DNA of 48,349 nt, taken from a virus. This document shows, piece after piece, positions 8,308-17,328 of this stretch. The position numbers and the translations under genes were made by a program. Position 1 is the stretch's first letter. The number at the start of each line of letters is the position of its first letter. The notes under the pieces were generated by a model. That model saw nothing but the letters and a program-made list of their open reading frames with translations, did no database searches and had not been told where the DNA came from. The stretch lies in the IMG/VR virus record IMGVR_UViG_3300037110_000132, one strand, 5' to 3'.

Positions 8308-8607
8308 ATGGCATCTCTCATCAACAAACGTGAAATCATCGCAGCCCAGGTCGCCAGCCAGGGTGGATGCCGAATGCCACTGCTCATCGCTGCCATGATG
8401 CAAGATGGTAGAATGCGGACCGGTGACAAATCCCTGGTGGATATCACCGACCTGATCGAGGAAATGATCGTGGACGGGGATCTCGTGGAAGTGATCTACT
8501 TCCTCCCTCCCGAACTCACTGATTCCGAACAGCCTATATCGTTCCTCTTGCCGAAAGGCACGAGGGTTACAAGCTTGGACGCGATTTTGTCCAAGACCGC
8601 AAGCTAA
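8308..8607 (+). CDS. Hypothetical protein (GC-rich)
   Basis: In-frame ATG at 8308 has a better ribosome-binding site than the ORF start at 8272. Confidence 0.5.
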   Translation: MASLINKREIIAAQVASQGGCRMPLLIAAMMQDGRMRTGDKSLVDITDLIEEMIVDGDLVEVIYFLPPELTDSEQPISFLLPKGTRVTSLDAILSKTAS

Positions 8608-8989
8608 ATCTGATCTTTGATATTGCTGATGGGATTTTGAGGAATGGACCTCTGGGAATTGGACAGAGCTAAATAAACCTCGAGCCTTAATTCCGCTCTT
8701 CGTTAAGCCGCAAGGCGACGTTAAGAGTAGGCCGGGAACCGGTGAATCAGCACAAATCTTGGACCCCTCGCAAGGGGATGAAACCTTGCACCGGCCTTGG
8801 GAATAGGAGTTGCGAATCCCCCAAGCCGTTTGTCACTCATATTGGCTACCAATAGTGCAAGCTGGTAGATCTGGTATGACTAAACCTAGCTCACAAGGCG
8901 ACAGTGGTGGATACGATCAGAGGAAAGCCAATTCCAAGAATCTCTGAGGCCCCGAAAGGGGCCAAAGGGGTGTAACTGATCTTTAACAT

Positions 8990-9066
8990 GCGCCCATAAC
9001 TCAGTTGGTTAGAGTACCCGCCTTTTAAGCGGAAAGTCGCGGGTTCAAGTCCCGCTGGGCGCACCA
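8990..9066 (+). tRNA. tRNA-Lys (TTT)
   Basis: Acceptor gcgccca/tgggcgc. D-arm actc-agttggtta-gagt. Anticodon loop ctTTTaa. T-arm gcggg-ttcaagt-cccgc. CCA encoded. Confidence 0.8.
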
Positions 9067-9084
9067 GTTTCAACCTTCCTTCAT

Positions 9085-9948
9085 ATGAGAAATCTAATGA
9101 GTAAGCCGGAACTGCACTACAACATCGCTCAGCCGGTACTGCACTACAACATCGCTCATAAGGGTGTGGAACTGAAGTTCAGCGAGAAGCCCAATGAGGA
9201 GATTCTCCAACTCCTCAGCAGCAACAGATTCCGCTGGCATCCTACCAGGAAAATCTGGTTCGCCAAGCATAACGAGGCATCTGAATTGATCGCCCGACAA
9301 GTCATCGCCAAGTTCAACGAACCCAAGTTCAACGAACCCAAGTTCAACGAACCCAAGTTCAACGATGGTGATCAGGAATTCAGAAAGTCAGAAGTGGAGG
9401 CATTCCTAGGTTTGAAAGGCCATCCCACCTTCTTGGGAAACCTTAGGGATCGTTCCCTCAATATTCCCTATACCCTTCGAAAGATGCCCACCAAAATCGG
9501 GGCACGGCTAATGGGGATCTACAGGAAGAGCGACGTCCTGGAATTTCGGGAGAAGTGGAACATCCATATCAAATCTCTAAACAGGGAGGGGTCCATCTTC
9601 TTCAACGAGGATTTCTCCCCCTGCGGAATCATCAGGCATTCTGATGCTGCTCCCCGGAAGGAACCGGTCCTGCCAGCCTCCATGCTGCCTTCCACTCCTG
9701 ATCCCTTTATCCCCAAGGCCCTGGAACCCATCATCAGGCTGCTCCAGGAGAAGGATGAAGAGATCACTCATCTGCGGGGTGAACTGCAGAAGAGCCAGCA
9801 CAAATGTCTCCTGGTGGAACAGGATGCCCAGAAGTATCAAGAGTCGAACAAACTGTTCAATGATTTGGTCGCGGAGAATGCTCTGCTGAAGCAGCTCCAT
9901 GTTCAGCTCACCATCAAGCTGGATGCGATTAGGGACTCTCTGAAATAG
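9085..9948 (+). CDS. Hypothetical protein with tandem KFNEP pentapeptide repeats and a C-terminal coiled coil
   Basis: 287-aa ORF. N-terminal duplicated VLHYNIAQP segment. 15-bp unit aagttcaacgaaccc repeated four times. Confidence 0.55.
   Translation: MRNLMSKPELHYNIAQPVLHYNIAHKGVELKFSEKPNEEILQLLSSNRFRWHPTRKIWFAKHNEASELIARQVIAKFNEPKFNEPKFNEPKFNDGDQEFRKSEVEAFLGLKGHPTFLGNLRDRSLNIPYTLRKMPTKIGARLMGIYRKSDVLEFREKWNIHIKSLNREGSIFFNEDFSPCGIIRHSDAAPRKEPVLPASMLPSTPDPFIPKALEPIIRLLQEKDEEITHLRGELQKSQHKCLLVEQDAQKYQESNKLFNDLVAENALLKQLHVQLTIKLDAIRDSLK
9310..9369 (+). repeat. 15-bp tandem repeat x4 (aagttcaacgaaccc) inside the CDS
   Basis: Perfect direct repeats. Confidence 0.9.
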
Positions 9949-9972
9949 GCTGCTGTCGCTGACTATACCACT

Positions 9973-10245
9973 GTGATTCAGTTTCTCGCCAAGGCTTTAC
10001 TTATGCCTGATCAAATGATCGAAGACCTACGCGAAAAGCTCCTTCTGGAGTTACAGACGCTGCAAGAAGCCTTTAATCCCAAGGCTATGCTGTTCGACCA
10101 TAAAGAGAAGGACTCGAAAGAGCAGTACGAGTGGGTCCGCGAGTATAACGTCAACGAACGGCGTTTGGATCGAGTAGCCGGGATCAAACACTTCCTATCG
10201 GACCTCAGCAGGGAATCAGTAGGAGACTCTCATGAAAATGCTTGA
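9973..10245 (+). CDS. Hypothetical protein
   Basis: 90-aa ORF. Confidence 0.45.
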   Translation: MIQFLAKALLMPDQMIEDLREKLLLELQTLQEAFNPKAMLFDHKEKDSKEQYEWVREYNVNERRLDRVAGIKHFLSDLSRESVGDSHENA

Positions 10246-10705
10246 AATCTTCCCTATCAGTCTGCCAAGATATGCACGGAGGCTGTGTGAGAGGTATTGC
10301 TGGACCGAATTCCAGAAGAGGACCTCATTTCAGCCTAACTGTACCAATTATGAGTTTATGGCCTCTCTCCAAGAAAACGGTGACGTCAAGCTATCGGCAT
10401 ATTTCGATTACAACAGCCCTGCAAGAAGCTCGGTTAGCACCTGTCCAGGATCACCTGGACCCCATCTGGAGGAACCATGGAATCAAAACATGGACGATGG
10501 CTTCTGTCAATCTTCCGGTAGTATCGTTCTCGCAACTATCCAACCTTTCAATGAGCAGGAATTGGCAGAGATCATTGAGGCTGAGAAATTCCGTCTGGCT
10601 AAGATAGAATATTCCAAACGCAAGGATGAGGCACTAATCCTGGCAATCAAGCAAATTCAGGATGAAATGTTCGGTCCAATTGACCCTCCAATTGACAATT
10701 GTTAA
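10232..10705 (+). CDS. Hypothetical protein
   Basis: 157-aa ORF, preferred over the overlapping frame 10242-10607. Confidence 0.45.
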   Translation: MKMLEIFPISLPRYARRLCERYCWTEFQKRTSFQPNCTNYEFMASLQENGDVKLSAYFDYNSPARSSVSTCPGSPGPHLEEPWNQNMDDGFCQSSGSIVLATIQPFNEQELAEIIEAEKFRLAKIEYSKRKDEALILAIKQIQDEMFGPIDPPIDNC

Positions 10706-10770
10706 CTATGCAACCTGCCCGATGGAACACCACCGGGATCTTCAAAACCTCTCTTTACAAGGAGAATTCC

Positions 10771-11163
10771 ATGAACAAGTCCACCGAAATTAAGCGTGTG
10801 GAAGGCGTCATCCATCATCACATCCGCAACCAGGAACCCCTCCTTGATAAGGAAGGTAACTGCATCTGGGATGCGGATGGCAAGACCTACAAAGTGAAGA
10901 ACAACCCGATCGGCATCCTGGTCGCCAGCCACGAGAAGATCAACGGTGAGGACATCATCCACATCGGTTGGGCCAAGTGGCATCTGGACAGCAGCATGCC
11001 CTGGCTGATCTACGATGAGCAGAAGGGTTACAACAAGGCCGTGAACCGCATGCGGAATCATGCTCCGATGCCAAAACGGGATTTCGTGATTCCGGCCAAC
11101 GATCTCCAGGTCATCCTGGATCGTGCGGTCAAGTACTTCAAGATCGAGTCGGTTCAGGCTTAA
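10771..11163 (+). CDS. Hypothetical protein
   Basis: ATG at 10771 with a strong Shine-Dalgarno acaaggaga. The longer ORF starts at 10699. Confidence 0.55.
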   Translation: MNKSTEIKRVEGVIHHHIRNQEPLLDKEGNCIWDADGKTYKVKNNPIGILVASHEKINGEDIIHIGWAKWHLDSSMPWLIYDEQKGYNKAVNRMRNHAPMPKRDFVIPANDLQVILDRAVKYFKIESVQA

Positions 11164-11235
11164 GTCTTCAAGATACCTCTGGAGATTGGCTTATGCAGAG
11201 GGTAGCCTGATAGACCATGACTCAGGCAGTTTTAA

Positions 11236-11309
11236 GCTTCTATGGTGTAGCGGTAGCATAAGACCCTTCCAAGGTTAAGGTGTCGGATCATCCCCGACTA
11301 GAAGCTCCA
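11236..11309 (+). tRNA. tRNA-Gly (TCC)
   Basis: Acceptor gcttcta/tagaagc. Anticodon loop ctTCCaa. T-arm gtcgg-atcatcc-ccgac with an atypical T-loop. CCA encoded. Confidence 0.6.
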
Positions 11310-11325
11310 ATAGAAAGGTAATGAA

Positions 11326-11727
11326 ATGGCTCTTGAACGCAAAGGGACCTTCACTCTGCAGTCGGTGTTTGATCACATCGGCAGAGAGGACAAAATCTAT
11401 GAAGGTGATTCCATTCATATGGACAGCCTTCGTTATGAAGTGTTCCGAAATAACCCAGTCTGCGTGAAATGTGGTCTTAAGGGCCAGTATTTCGCGAAGG
11501 AACGAAATATTCTCCTTCGCGAAATACCAGGACAGAATCCTGATCGTTACCATTTCAATATGTATGGGGTGAACGAGAAGGGTGAAGAGATTTTGTTCAC
11601 CAAGGATCACATCATTCCTAGGTCGAAGGGTGGGAATAACGGAATTAAAAATATGCAGACAATGTGTTATCTCTGCAATCAGGAAAAAGCAGACGAGGTT
11701 GAGGTTGCTGATGTTAAAGAAGCCTAA
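11326..11727 (+). CDS. HNH endonuclease
   Basis: KDHIIPRSKGGNNGIKNMQTMCYLCNQEK HNH motif with an upstream CVKCG zinc finger. Confidence 0.7.
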   Translation: MALERKGTFTLQSVFDHIGREDKIYEGDSIHMDSLRYEVFRNNPVCVKCGLKGQYFAKERNILLREIPGQNPDRYHFNMYGVNEKGEEILFTKDHIIPRSKGGNNGIKNMQTMCYLCNQEKADEVEVADVKEA

Positions 11728-11857
11728 TGATCCGAAAGAAATCCAGGAAGACCCAATTGCTCCGGAGCCGCTCTGGGAGAAAATTGAAGTGTGGTTCTGG
11801 ATCGCTCTTCCCATTGCTCTTCTGATTATTGCAATGTATTTCAAGTTCAAGCACTAG
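11711..11857 (+). CDS. Possible small membrane protein (48 aa)
   Basis: ATG preceded by gaggttgagg. C-terminal hydrophobic helix WFWIALPIALLIIAMYF. Confidence 0.3.
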   Translation: MLKKPNDPKEIQEDPIAPEPLWEKIEVWFWIALPIALLIIAMYFKFKH

Positions 11858-11865
11858 GAGATTTC

Positions 11866-12426
11866 ATGAGCCTATTTGGTAGCATGTTCGCGTCAATGGA
11901 TTTCAGCCGGAAGCTCCAGCGTCTGCATGAAGCACGAAATACTGCTGCCAAGGTGGGTTCCACCGAATGCCAGAAATGTGGATTCTGCTGCTGGAGAATG
12001 CCAGGAGGATTGCACCCTGAGAACGTTCTGCCGCTGGCGAAGCGGATGAATATGACTCCTGGGGAATTGTTCAGCAAATGTCTTACGGTCCATGACATGG
12101 GCAAGTACGATGATAAGTACGCCGTGATTCCAATCCGCTATGATCAGCGATGGGAGGCTGGTGGATATCTGAGCGACAAGGGTTCCTTCGATATTGACCG
12201 GCCCTGCATGTTCTTGGATGAGGCTACCAATTTGTGCACCTTACATGGGACTGATGCCCAACCGGCTGATTGTAGTGGGGAAAAGCCTTGCACAATAACG
12301 GAATACAGGGATGATCGGCCTTGGACCCCCGAGATGCTAATGGAAACTTTCGGATTTGATATTCATGCGGCGAAGAGTTGCGATTACGATCAGGACTCTG
12401 ACAATGATGATCCTGACGATGATTAA
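11866..12426 (+). CDS. Putative zinc/iron-chelating CxxCxxCC-domain protein (YkgJ/UPF0153-like) with an acidic C-terminal tail
   Basis: Shine-Dalgarno aggag before the ATG at 11866. Motif CQKCGFCCW. C-terminus DYDQDSDNDDPDDD. Confidence 0.45.
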   Translation: MSLFGSMFASMDFSRKLQRLHEARNTAAKVGSTECQKCGFCCWRMPGGLHPENVLPLAKRMNMTPGELFSKCLTVHDMGKYDDKYAVIPIRYDQRWEAGGYLSDKGSFDIDRPCMFLDEATNLCTLHGTDAQPADCSGEKPCTITEYRDDRPWTPEMLMETFGFDIHAAKSCDYDQDSDNDDPDDD

Positions 12427-12521
12427 AATACTCTGGCCAATCTGTTTCAGTCTGATGGTCGTTGTCGATTCTATGGGCGAAAGAAAGAAAGGTATCTATC
12501 CTCAGCAATTGAATCAAACCG

Positions 12522-12905
12522 ATGTCTGATCCTTCTGCACTTCCCCGATGGGTGATCGAATGGATTTATCGTCGTGTTGAGCCTACCAAGGGCCAATGGC
12601 TGAATTTACTAAGGATCCGACCACTGAAAACCCCAACTGTGCTTTATCGGGGCCTCGAGTGGAGTTCCCGGACTTGGGAGACTCGTAGAGAGAACTATGG
12701 AGTGCATGAATCCTATAACTCATGGACTGGAAGTATCTGGATAGCCAAAGGATTCGGTGGTGCTTCCGCAAGGTTTGGGGTAGTTTTATCTAGGGAATTT
12801 TTGCCAGGGGAAGCCGCTGATATAGCCATTAACATGGAACAGGAATTTCTGGCCCCTCCAGGAAACTACAAGGTTAAGGTAGTAGAGAAATGGGGTTTCC
12901 GTTAG
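12522..12905 (+). CDS. Putative ADP-ribosyltransferase (R-S-E type), no leader
   Basis: Motifs VLYRGLEW, YNSWTGSIWIAKGFG and EQEFLAPPG. Confidence 0.5.
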   Translation: MSDPSALPRWVIEWIYRRVEPTKGQWLNLLRIRPLKTPTVLYRGLEWSSRTWETRRENYGVHESYNSWTGSIWIAKGFGGASARFGVVLSREFLPGEAADIAINMEQEFLAPPGNYKVKVVEKWGFR

Positions 12906-12940
12906 ACGAAATAATCAAGAGTTAAAATAAAGTAGGAAAT

Positions 12941-13080
12941 GCGCACGTGGCGGAAGTGGTAGACGCACTGGATTTATCGAAAGGCTCTAAGGTGAAAGAG
13001 CCTCTCCCATCGGGTCAATGACCCCCAGATAGGTTCCAGCGAGTAAAATCGTGAGGGTTCGAGTCCCTTCGAGCGCACCA
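12941..13080 (+). tRNA. Class II tRNA, probably Leu(TAG), interrupted by a ~55-nt insertion in the anticodon loop
   Basis: Acceptor gcgcacg/cgagcgc (one mismatch). Anticodon stem ctgga/tccag spans 62 nt. Variable-arm hairpin cga-gtaaaa-tcg. T-arm gaggg-ttcgagt-ccctt. CCA encoded. Loop ttT|AGgt is obtained if the insert sits between 34 and 35. Confidence 0.55.
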
Positions 13081-13098
13081 AATTTAAAACTGGACTAT

Positions 13099-13175
13099 TG
13101 AGGAGTAGCCAAGCTGGTAAGGCATCATCCTTTGAAGGTGACCATGCGCTGGTTCGAATCCAGCCTCCTCAGCCA
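13099..13175 (+). tRNA. tRNA-Gln (TTG)
   Basis: Acceptor tgaggag/ctcctca. Anticodon stem tcatc/ggtga with loop ctTTGaa. T-arm gctgg-ttcgaat-ccagc. CCA encoded. Confidence 0.75.
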
Positions 13176-13196
13176 ATACTTGTATTCAATGATTAA

Positions 13197-13229
13197 TTCG
13201 GCCCCTCTGCAGGGGCCGAAACTTTGTCT
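13197..13229 (+). terminator. Rho-independent terminator-like hairpin
   Basis: 9-bp GC-rich stem ttcggcccc/ggggccgaa with a 6-nt loop, followed by a T-rich tail. Confidence 0.5.
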
Positions 13230-13276
13230 AAATTGGCAATTGTTAATTAGATGTGAACTTCCACAGGAGAGCAGAA

Positions 13277-13513
13277 ATGCAAGGAAATATCCGTGTCAAG
13301 CCAACCCCTTCGATCTTGTGGACCGCGATCAAGATCACAGTGGCATTCGTCCTCGCCAGTCTATTCCTGGGAATTGTCCTCCCTTGGTTGCTCAATGGAG
13401 AGGATATTGCGGTGATCATCGGCTATGTGACCATCGTGGCGATTCCCGCTGGAGTTGCTGCCTATATCTGCTTCCTCATCAAGCAGTTCTTCCCCAACAT
13501 TCCTAACTCCTAA
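13277..13513 (+). CDS. Small integral membrane protein (two TM helices)
   Basis: Shine-Dalgarno aggaga before the ATG at 13277. Hydrophobic segments AFVLASLFLGIVLPWLL and VIIGYVTIVAIPAGVAAYICFLI. Confidence 0.55.
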   Translation: MQGNIRVKPTPSILWTAIKITVAFVLASLFLGIVLPWLLNGEDIAVIIGYVTIVAIPAGVAAYICFLIKQFFPNIPNS

Positions 13514-13525
13514 GGAGAAACACCA

Positions 13526-14407
13526 GTGAAAAAGTTCTTCAGTTACCTCACTCTGATCGTCGGGATGCTGTTCCTGACCTTCAACATCGGCTGCGGTCTG
13601 TTCAACCGACAGTACGTAGAGCCGGGATACGTGGGAGTGCGCGTCTACCTCCATGGCTCCAGCAAGGGTGTCGACCATGAAGTGGTCGGGGCTGGCCGCT
13701 ACTATGTGGGAATGAACGAGAAGCTCTACCTGTTCCCGGTCTTCCTGCAGAACTATAACTACACGCAGTCGGCCAACGAAGGCAGGGCTATGGATGAGTC
13801 GTTCTCGTTCCAGGACAAGCAGGGGATGACCATCAAGTCCGATGTCGGCATCAGCTACGCCTTCGACAAGAACCGGATCGATGATATCTTCACCCAGTTC
13901 CATTCTGGCCCTGACGAGATCACCAATGTGTTCCTCCGTTCTCTGCTGCGTGATGCCTTCAACCGTGCGGCTTCCACTCGTGAGATCCAGGACATCTATG
14001 GTCCCGGTAAGTCGGCCTTCGTCAACGAAGTCCAGGCTGATGTGCAGAAGAGAGCCGCTATCGTCGGCGTCAACGTCAAGAGCGTCCTGCTGATCAATGA
14101 ACTTCGACTCCCCGATCAGATCATCAAGGCCCTGAATGACAAGACCGCTGCGACTCAGAGAGCCATGCAATCTGAGAACGAACTCCGAGTGACCCAGGCT
14201 GAAGCTGCGAAGACTGTCGCCCAGGCTGAAGGATACGCCAAGGCTCTGCTGGTCAAGGGTAATGCTGAGGCCACCTACAACCGTCAGATCTCAGCTTCCA
14301 TCACTCCGGTCCTGGTCGACAAGATGAAGGCCGAGAAATGGGATGGCAAGCTGCCCCAGGTCCAGGGTGGTGGTACTCCGTTCATTAGTCTCGGTGGACT
14401 CAAGTAA
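13526..14407 (+). CDS. SPFH/band-7 (prohibitin/HflK/C-like) family lipoprotein
   Basis: Lipoprotein-type signal (LTFNIGCG). SPFH-like core followed by an Ala/Gln-rich coiled coil (AEAAKTVAQAEGYAKALLVKGNAEATYNRQ). GC-rich gene. Confidence 0.65.
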   Translation: MKKFFSYLTLIVGMLFLTFNIGCGLFNRQYVEPGYVGVRVYLHGSSKGVDHEVVGAGRYYVGMNEKLYLFPVFLQNYNYTQSANEGRAMDESFSFQDKQGMTIKSDVGISYAFDKNRIDDIFTQFHSGPDEITNVFLRSLLRDAFNRAASTREIQDIYGPGKSAFVNEVQADVQKRAAIVGVNVKSVLLINELRLPDQIIKALNDKTAATQRAMQSENELRVTQAEAAKTVAQAEGYAKALLVKGNAEATYNRQISASITPVLVDKMKAEKWDGKLPQVQGGGTPFISLGGLK

Positions 14408-14454
14408 CAATTCAAGTGGGTTAACAAGAGACAATTCAAGTGGGTTAACAAGAG
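14407..14454 (+). repeat. 24-bp perfect tandem direct repeat x2
   Basis: Unit acaattcaagtgggttaacaagag is repeated immediately after the SPFH stop codon. Confidence 0.9.
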
Positions 14455-14476
14455 GGGGAGCAATCCCCCTCTTTTC
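14453..14476 (+). terminator. Rho-independent terminator
   Basis: Stem aggggga/tccccct with a GCAA tetraloop, followed by cttttc. Confidence 0.6.
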
Positions 14477-14491
14477 ATATCTGGAGTTAGT

Positions 14492-14743
14492 ATGTCTTTT
14501 AAAACAATCTGGAAATTCTTGTTTGAGAGAGAACTTACTCATCATACTGGAGTGTGGGTCAGAAGATACCAGTGTAAATGTGGGAACCTGGAAGAATGGG
14601 CACACATGACTAGGGTATGTCAGGAATGTGGATATACGGATTCATTTGAGGAAGTCTCAGGAAGGTATGAATGGGATAGAAAAGGGAGTAAAATCCTCAA
14701 TCAAGTGTTTATTCTACATCCAGCGATGAGGGAGAAGAAATGA
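14492..14743 (+). CDS. Small Cys-rich zinc-ribbon protein
   Basis: 83-aa ORF with CKCGN...CQECGY. Confidence 0.5.
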   Translation: MSFKTIWKFLFERELTHHTGVWVRRYQCKCGNLEEWAHMTRVCQECGYTDSFEEVSGRYEWDRKGSKILNQVFILHPAMREKK

Positions 14744-14889
14744 GTATCGAAAATGCTGATCCTGTCGAATTGATTGATGGCCTATGGTATTACTGGGATG
14801 AGGTATGGTGCGATTGTTATGGTCCCTTCGCTACCGAAGAAATCGCACGTGAGGAATTACGCCAGTATTGTGTAGCGGAGGGGCTGTGA
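14740..14889 (+). CDS. Small hypothetical protein (49 aa)
   Basis: ATGA overlap with the upstream stop. Shine-Dalgarno gagggagaag. Below the ORF-track size cut-off. Confidence 0.4.
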   Translation: MSIENADPVELIDGLWYYWDEVWCDCYGPFATEEIAREELRQYCVAEGL

Positions 14890-15290
14890 CTAACAAGGAG
14901 GTCCTCGATCTGATCCTCGCCACTAAATCTAGAGAAGATGATCCCAGCTACGAGAACATGGATGTCTTTGTGGAATTTCTTGACTCCATCCTTGACGGTA
15001 TGCCGCTACCTTCCATTGATCGTCCTGCCATCTATCCCCACGAGTATCAGCCTTGGCTCACTAAGATGGAACAGTTTTTGGATGAGTTCATGGCAGTGGA
15101 CCCTCATCTCAGTTATTGGTTTGCTTGGATGCCTTATCGATCCTTGCTGAAGAGAGAGCGGGGTGGACCCTCCAAATGGTGTGTTTTCGTGGATGCTCAT
15201 GACGCGAAAGTCGAAAGAGAATTTCCAGAGGAACGTTGGCCGAAATTGAAAATTGCCTGGAGCAAAAATGAGAATAGAATTTCTGAATGA
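14886..15290 (+). CDS. Hypothetical protein (GTG start suggested; the ORF track uses TTG at 14868)
   Basis: In-frame GTG preceded by gcggagggg. Confidence 0.45.
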   Translation: MTNKEVLDLILATKSREDDPSYENMDVFVEFLDSILDGMPLPSIDRPAIYPHEYQPWLTKMEQFLDEFMAVDPHLSYWFAWMPYRSLLKRERGGPSKWCVFVDAHDAKVEREFPEERWPKLKIAWSKNENRISE

Positions 15291-15606
15291 GAGATTAATT
15301 GAACAGCAGGGTCTAACAGAGGCTGAGGTCTTAATCCTGGTAGAACTCCATGAGGAACGGGAGAGAATTTTTGATTTGATGACTGACACTGATGATCCTG
15401 ATCTCCTTCAGGAGTTAGCTGCCAAGGTGGAGACTGTGGAGTTTGCCCTCCAGAGGACCTGGAAATTTCCAGAAGATAGTAATTGGCATTGTTGGTGGTA
15501 TCAGGTGCCCAAGTGTTGCTGTCCCAAGCTCGACAACGCGGATAGATGGGGAACTAAGTATCGAATCTTCAATGGTAATTGCCCAGTTCATAGGATGAAA
15601 TCATGA
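15268..15606 (+). CDS. Hypothetical protein
   Basis: ATG at 15268 with Shine-Dalgarno ggagcaaaa. Acidic. CCCP Cys cluster. Confidence 0.5.
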   Translation: MRIEFLNERLIEQQGLTEAEVLILVELHEERERIFDLMTDTDDPDLLQELAAKVETVEFALQRTWKFPEDSNWHCWWYQVPKCCCPKLDNADRWGTKYRIFNGNCPVHRMKS

Positions 15607-16013
15607 TTATTTTCTTGCGTGACAAAAAAGGTAAAACTGTCGCTGAAGTTGAAATCACTAGACAGACTGGTGAGATTACGGGACCAGTGAGATCAGAATC
15701 CTATGATCTTCGAGAGCGAGAGCGTAGTAGGACTGGAGTGATCGCTGATATCGTAAAAGATCTTCATGTATCCATTAATATTCTTGAATATTCCAGGCTG
15801 CTCCTCAGGGTAATTGGCAAAGACCCAGGTGTTCTCTTTAACATCGCAATTCATCAGTTGATTGCGGATTTCTCTGAGTTGGATGAATTGCGAGGGTGGT
15901 ATTGGGAGATGTACTCTATGACCACTAATTCATACAATGAAGTCGTGAAGGAAGTTAGATATCTCTTCAAGATATTGGCCGAGAAATATGAGCTATTCGT
16001 AGTGGAGGACTAA
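15603..16013 (+). CDS. Hypothetical protein
   Basis: 136-aa ORF with ATGA overlap to the upstream gene. Confidence 0.5.
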   Translation: MIIFLRDKKGKTVAEVEITRQTGEITGPVRSESYDLRERERSRTGVIADIVKDLHVSINILEYSRLLLRVIGKDPGVLFNIAIHQLIADFSELDELRGWYWEMYSMTTNSYNEVVKEVRYLFKILAEKYELFVVED

Positions 16014-16014
16014 A

Positions 16015-16308
16015 ATGACGATGATTTTTCTACTGTTTCTCATCGGTTTAACACTCTTTTGTAGTTGGTCTCTTTCGGGATATATTGCAGCACTTCTTGG
16101 CAGGTATTTCCTACCAGAGAATCATCCTATTCGTATTGATAATAGGGAGGAGGCAAAATACGCTACCCTCTGTGGACCAGTTGCCCTCGTTTTGATTGTG
16201 GGTGCAATCATTATTCATAAAACTATTGGGCGCAGACCCCTACAGAGATTAGGGGATTTCTTCTATTCTCATTTTGATCAGCAATCCAAACCTGTTAAAA
16301 ACAAGTAA
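16015..16308 (+). CDS. Small membrane protein
   Basis: Two hydrophobic helices (IFLLFLIGLTLFCSW and LCGPVALVLIVGAIIIH). Confidence 0.5.
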   Translation: MTMIFLLFLIGLTLFCSWSLSGYIAALLGRYFLPENHPIRIDNREEAKYATLCGPVALVLIVGAIIIHKTIGRRPLQRLGDFFYSHFDQQSKPVKNK

Positions 16309-16327
16309 TTCTCACACGGAGAAATTC

Positions 16328-17320
16328 ATGTTGAAGCTAAATAAATCTCTCATCGTGGCAGCGTTATTGCTGATGGTGCCCCTCTTCGCTGGAAAAGGGG
16401 GCGGGGGTGGAAGTTTCAGTTCAGGCTCATCCAGTCGGTCGAGTTCCTTCTCGTCTAGTTCCTCATCGTCCAGGCCGAGCAGCTATTCGAGTCCTTCATC
16501 TTCTTCGAAGTCCAGTGGCTTAAGTTATGGCAGCTTCTCTTCGAAGCCCAGTGCGACTGCCACCGCAAGCAAATCTGGCGGAGGGAGTTTCTCTTCGACC
16601 AGCAAGTCAACTGCTTCGACTCCTTCCCAGCAAGCATGGGTGAGATCTCAGCAGTCCACTCAGGCTGCTGCCCAGTCCAAGGCTTCCTTGGCCCAGTTCA
16701 AGACCGCTTCCGTACCTCCCCCTTCGGCCAAGGTCGCTGCATCCCCAGTGTTCAGCAGGGTCTACACGACATCTGGTGGTACTTCCGCTCCACGTGTTAC
16801 CTACAACACTTATGTGATTCAGCGGCAGGGCTACTACAGCAGCTATCATCCCAATCCTTACGTCTATAATTACCGGCCCAGTTATGGTGCCTGGGATGCG
16901 ATGTTCATGTGGATGATGCTGGACAACATGAACAGCCAGATGTATTACAACCATCGCAATGACGCCGATTACCAGCAGTGGAGAATCGATGCCAACAAAC
17001 AGGCTCAGACTGACGCTGCGGTAGCGGCCAAATTGGCAGATATGGACGCCAAGGTGAAGGCTCTGGAGGCTGCCAAGACCCCAGTTGATCCTGCCTACAT
17101 GCCCCAGGGAGTTGATCCCAGTATCGCCATGGCCCCCGATTTTGCTGCGGCAAATCTGACTCAGGAAGCTCCTGTTTCAGAACCTGCGCCAGAAGCCTCA
17201 GGTGTCAATGGATGGGTAGTCGCAGTGATCATTGCCCTCACCATTGGTATTATCGCCTTGGGCATCTATATTGTCAATCGCCCTCATCGTGGTCCTTATA
17301 AATCCCGTTACGATCTGTAG
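16328..17320 (+). CDS. Secreted or membrane-anchored protein with a Ser-rich low-complexity region
   Basis: ATG with Shine-Dalgarno acggaga. Signal peptide LIVAALLLMVPLFAG, a long poly-Ser/Gly tract, and a C-terminal TM helix WVVAVIIALTIGIIALGIYIV. Confidence 0.55.
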   Translation: MLKLNKSLIVAALLLMVPLFAGKGGGGGSFSSGSSSRSSSFSSSSSSSRPSSYSSPSSSSKSSGLSYGSFSSKPSATATASKSGGGSFSSTSKSTASTPSQQAWVRSQQSTQAAAQSKASLAQFKTASVPPPSAKVAASPVFSRVYTTSGGTSAPRVTYNTYVIQRQGYYSSYHPNPYVYNYRPSYGAWDAMFMWMMLDNMNSQMYYNHRNDADYQQWRIDANKQAQTDAAVAAKLADMDAKVKALEAAKTPVDPAYMPQGVDPSIAMAPDFAAANLTQEAPVSEPAPEASGVNGWVVAVIIALTIGIIALGIYIVNRPHRGPYKSRYDL

Positions 17321-17328
17321 AGGGAATC

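Noticed and set aside
10242-10607. Alternative-frame ORF overlapping 10232-10705
   Set aside because: The 157-aa frame is longer and has more balanced composition. The 121-aa frame is Arg/Ser-rich and has no independent RBS.
11275-11850. Minus-strand 191-aa ORF antisense to the HNH gene and tRNA-Gly(TCC)
   Set aside because: It is antisense to a gene with a canonical HNH motif. The same reasoning applies to the ORF-track entries 1966-2169(-), 8891-9073(-), 33135-33416(-) and 44706-44906(+), which lie across tRNAs.
13361-14170. Minus-strand 269-aa ORF antisense to the SPFH gene, and a similar antisense ORF at 18086-18847 over the PspA-like gene
   Set aside because: Both are GC-rich antisense artefacts, and the sense-strand proteins have clear family signatures.
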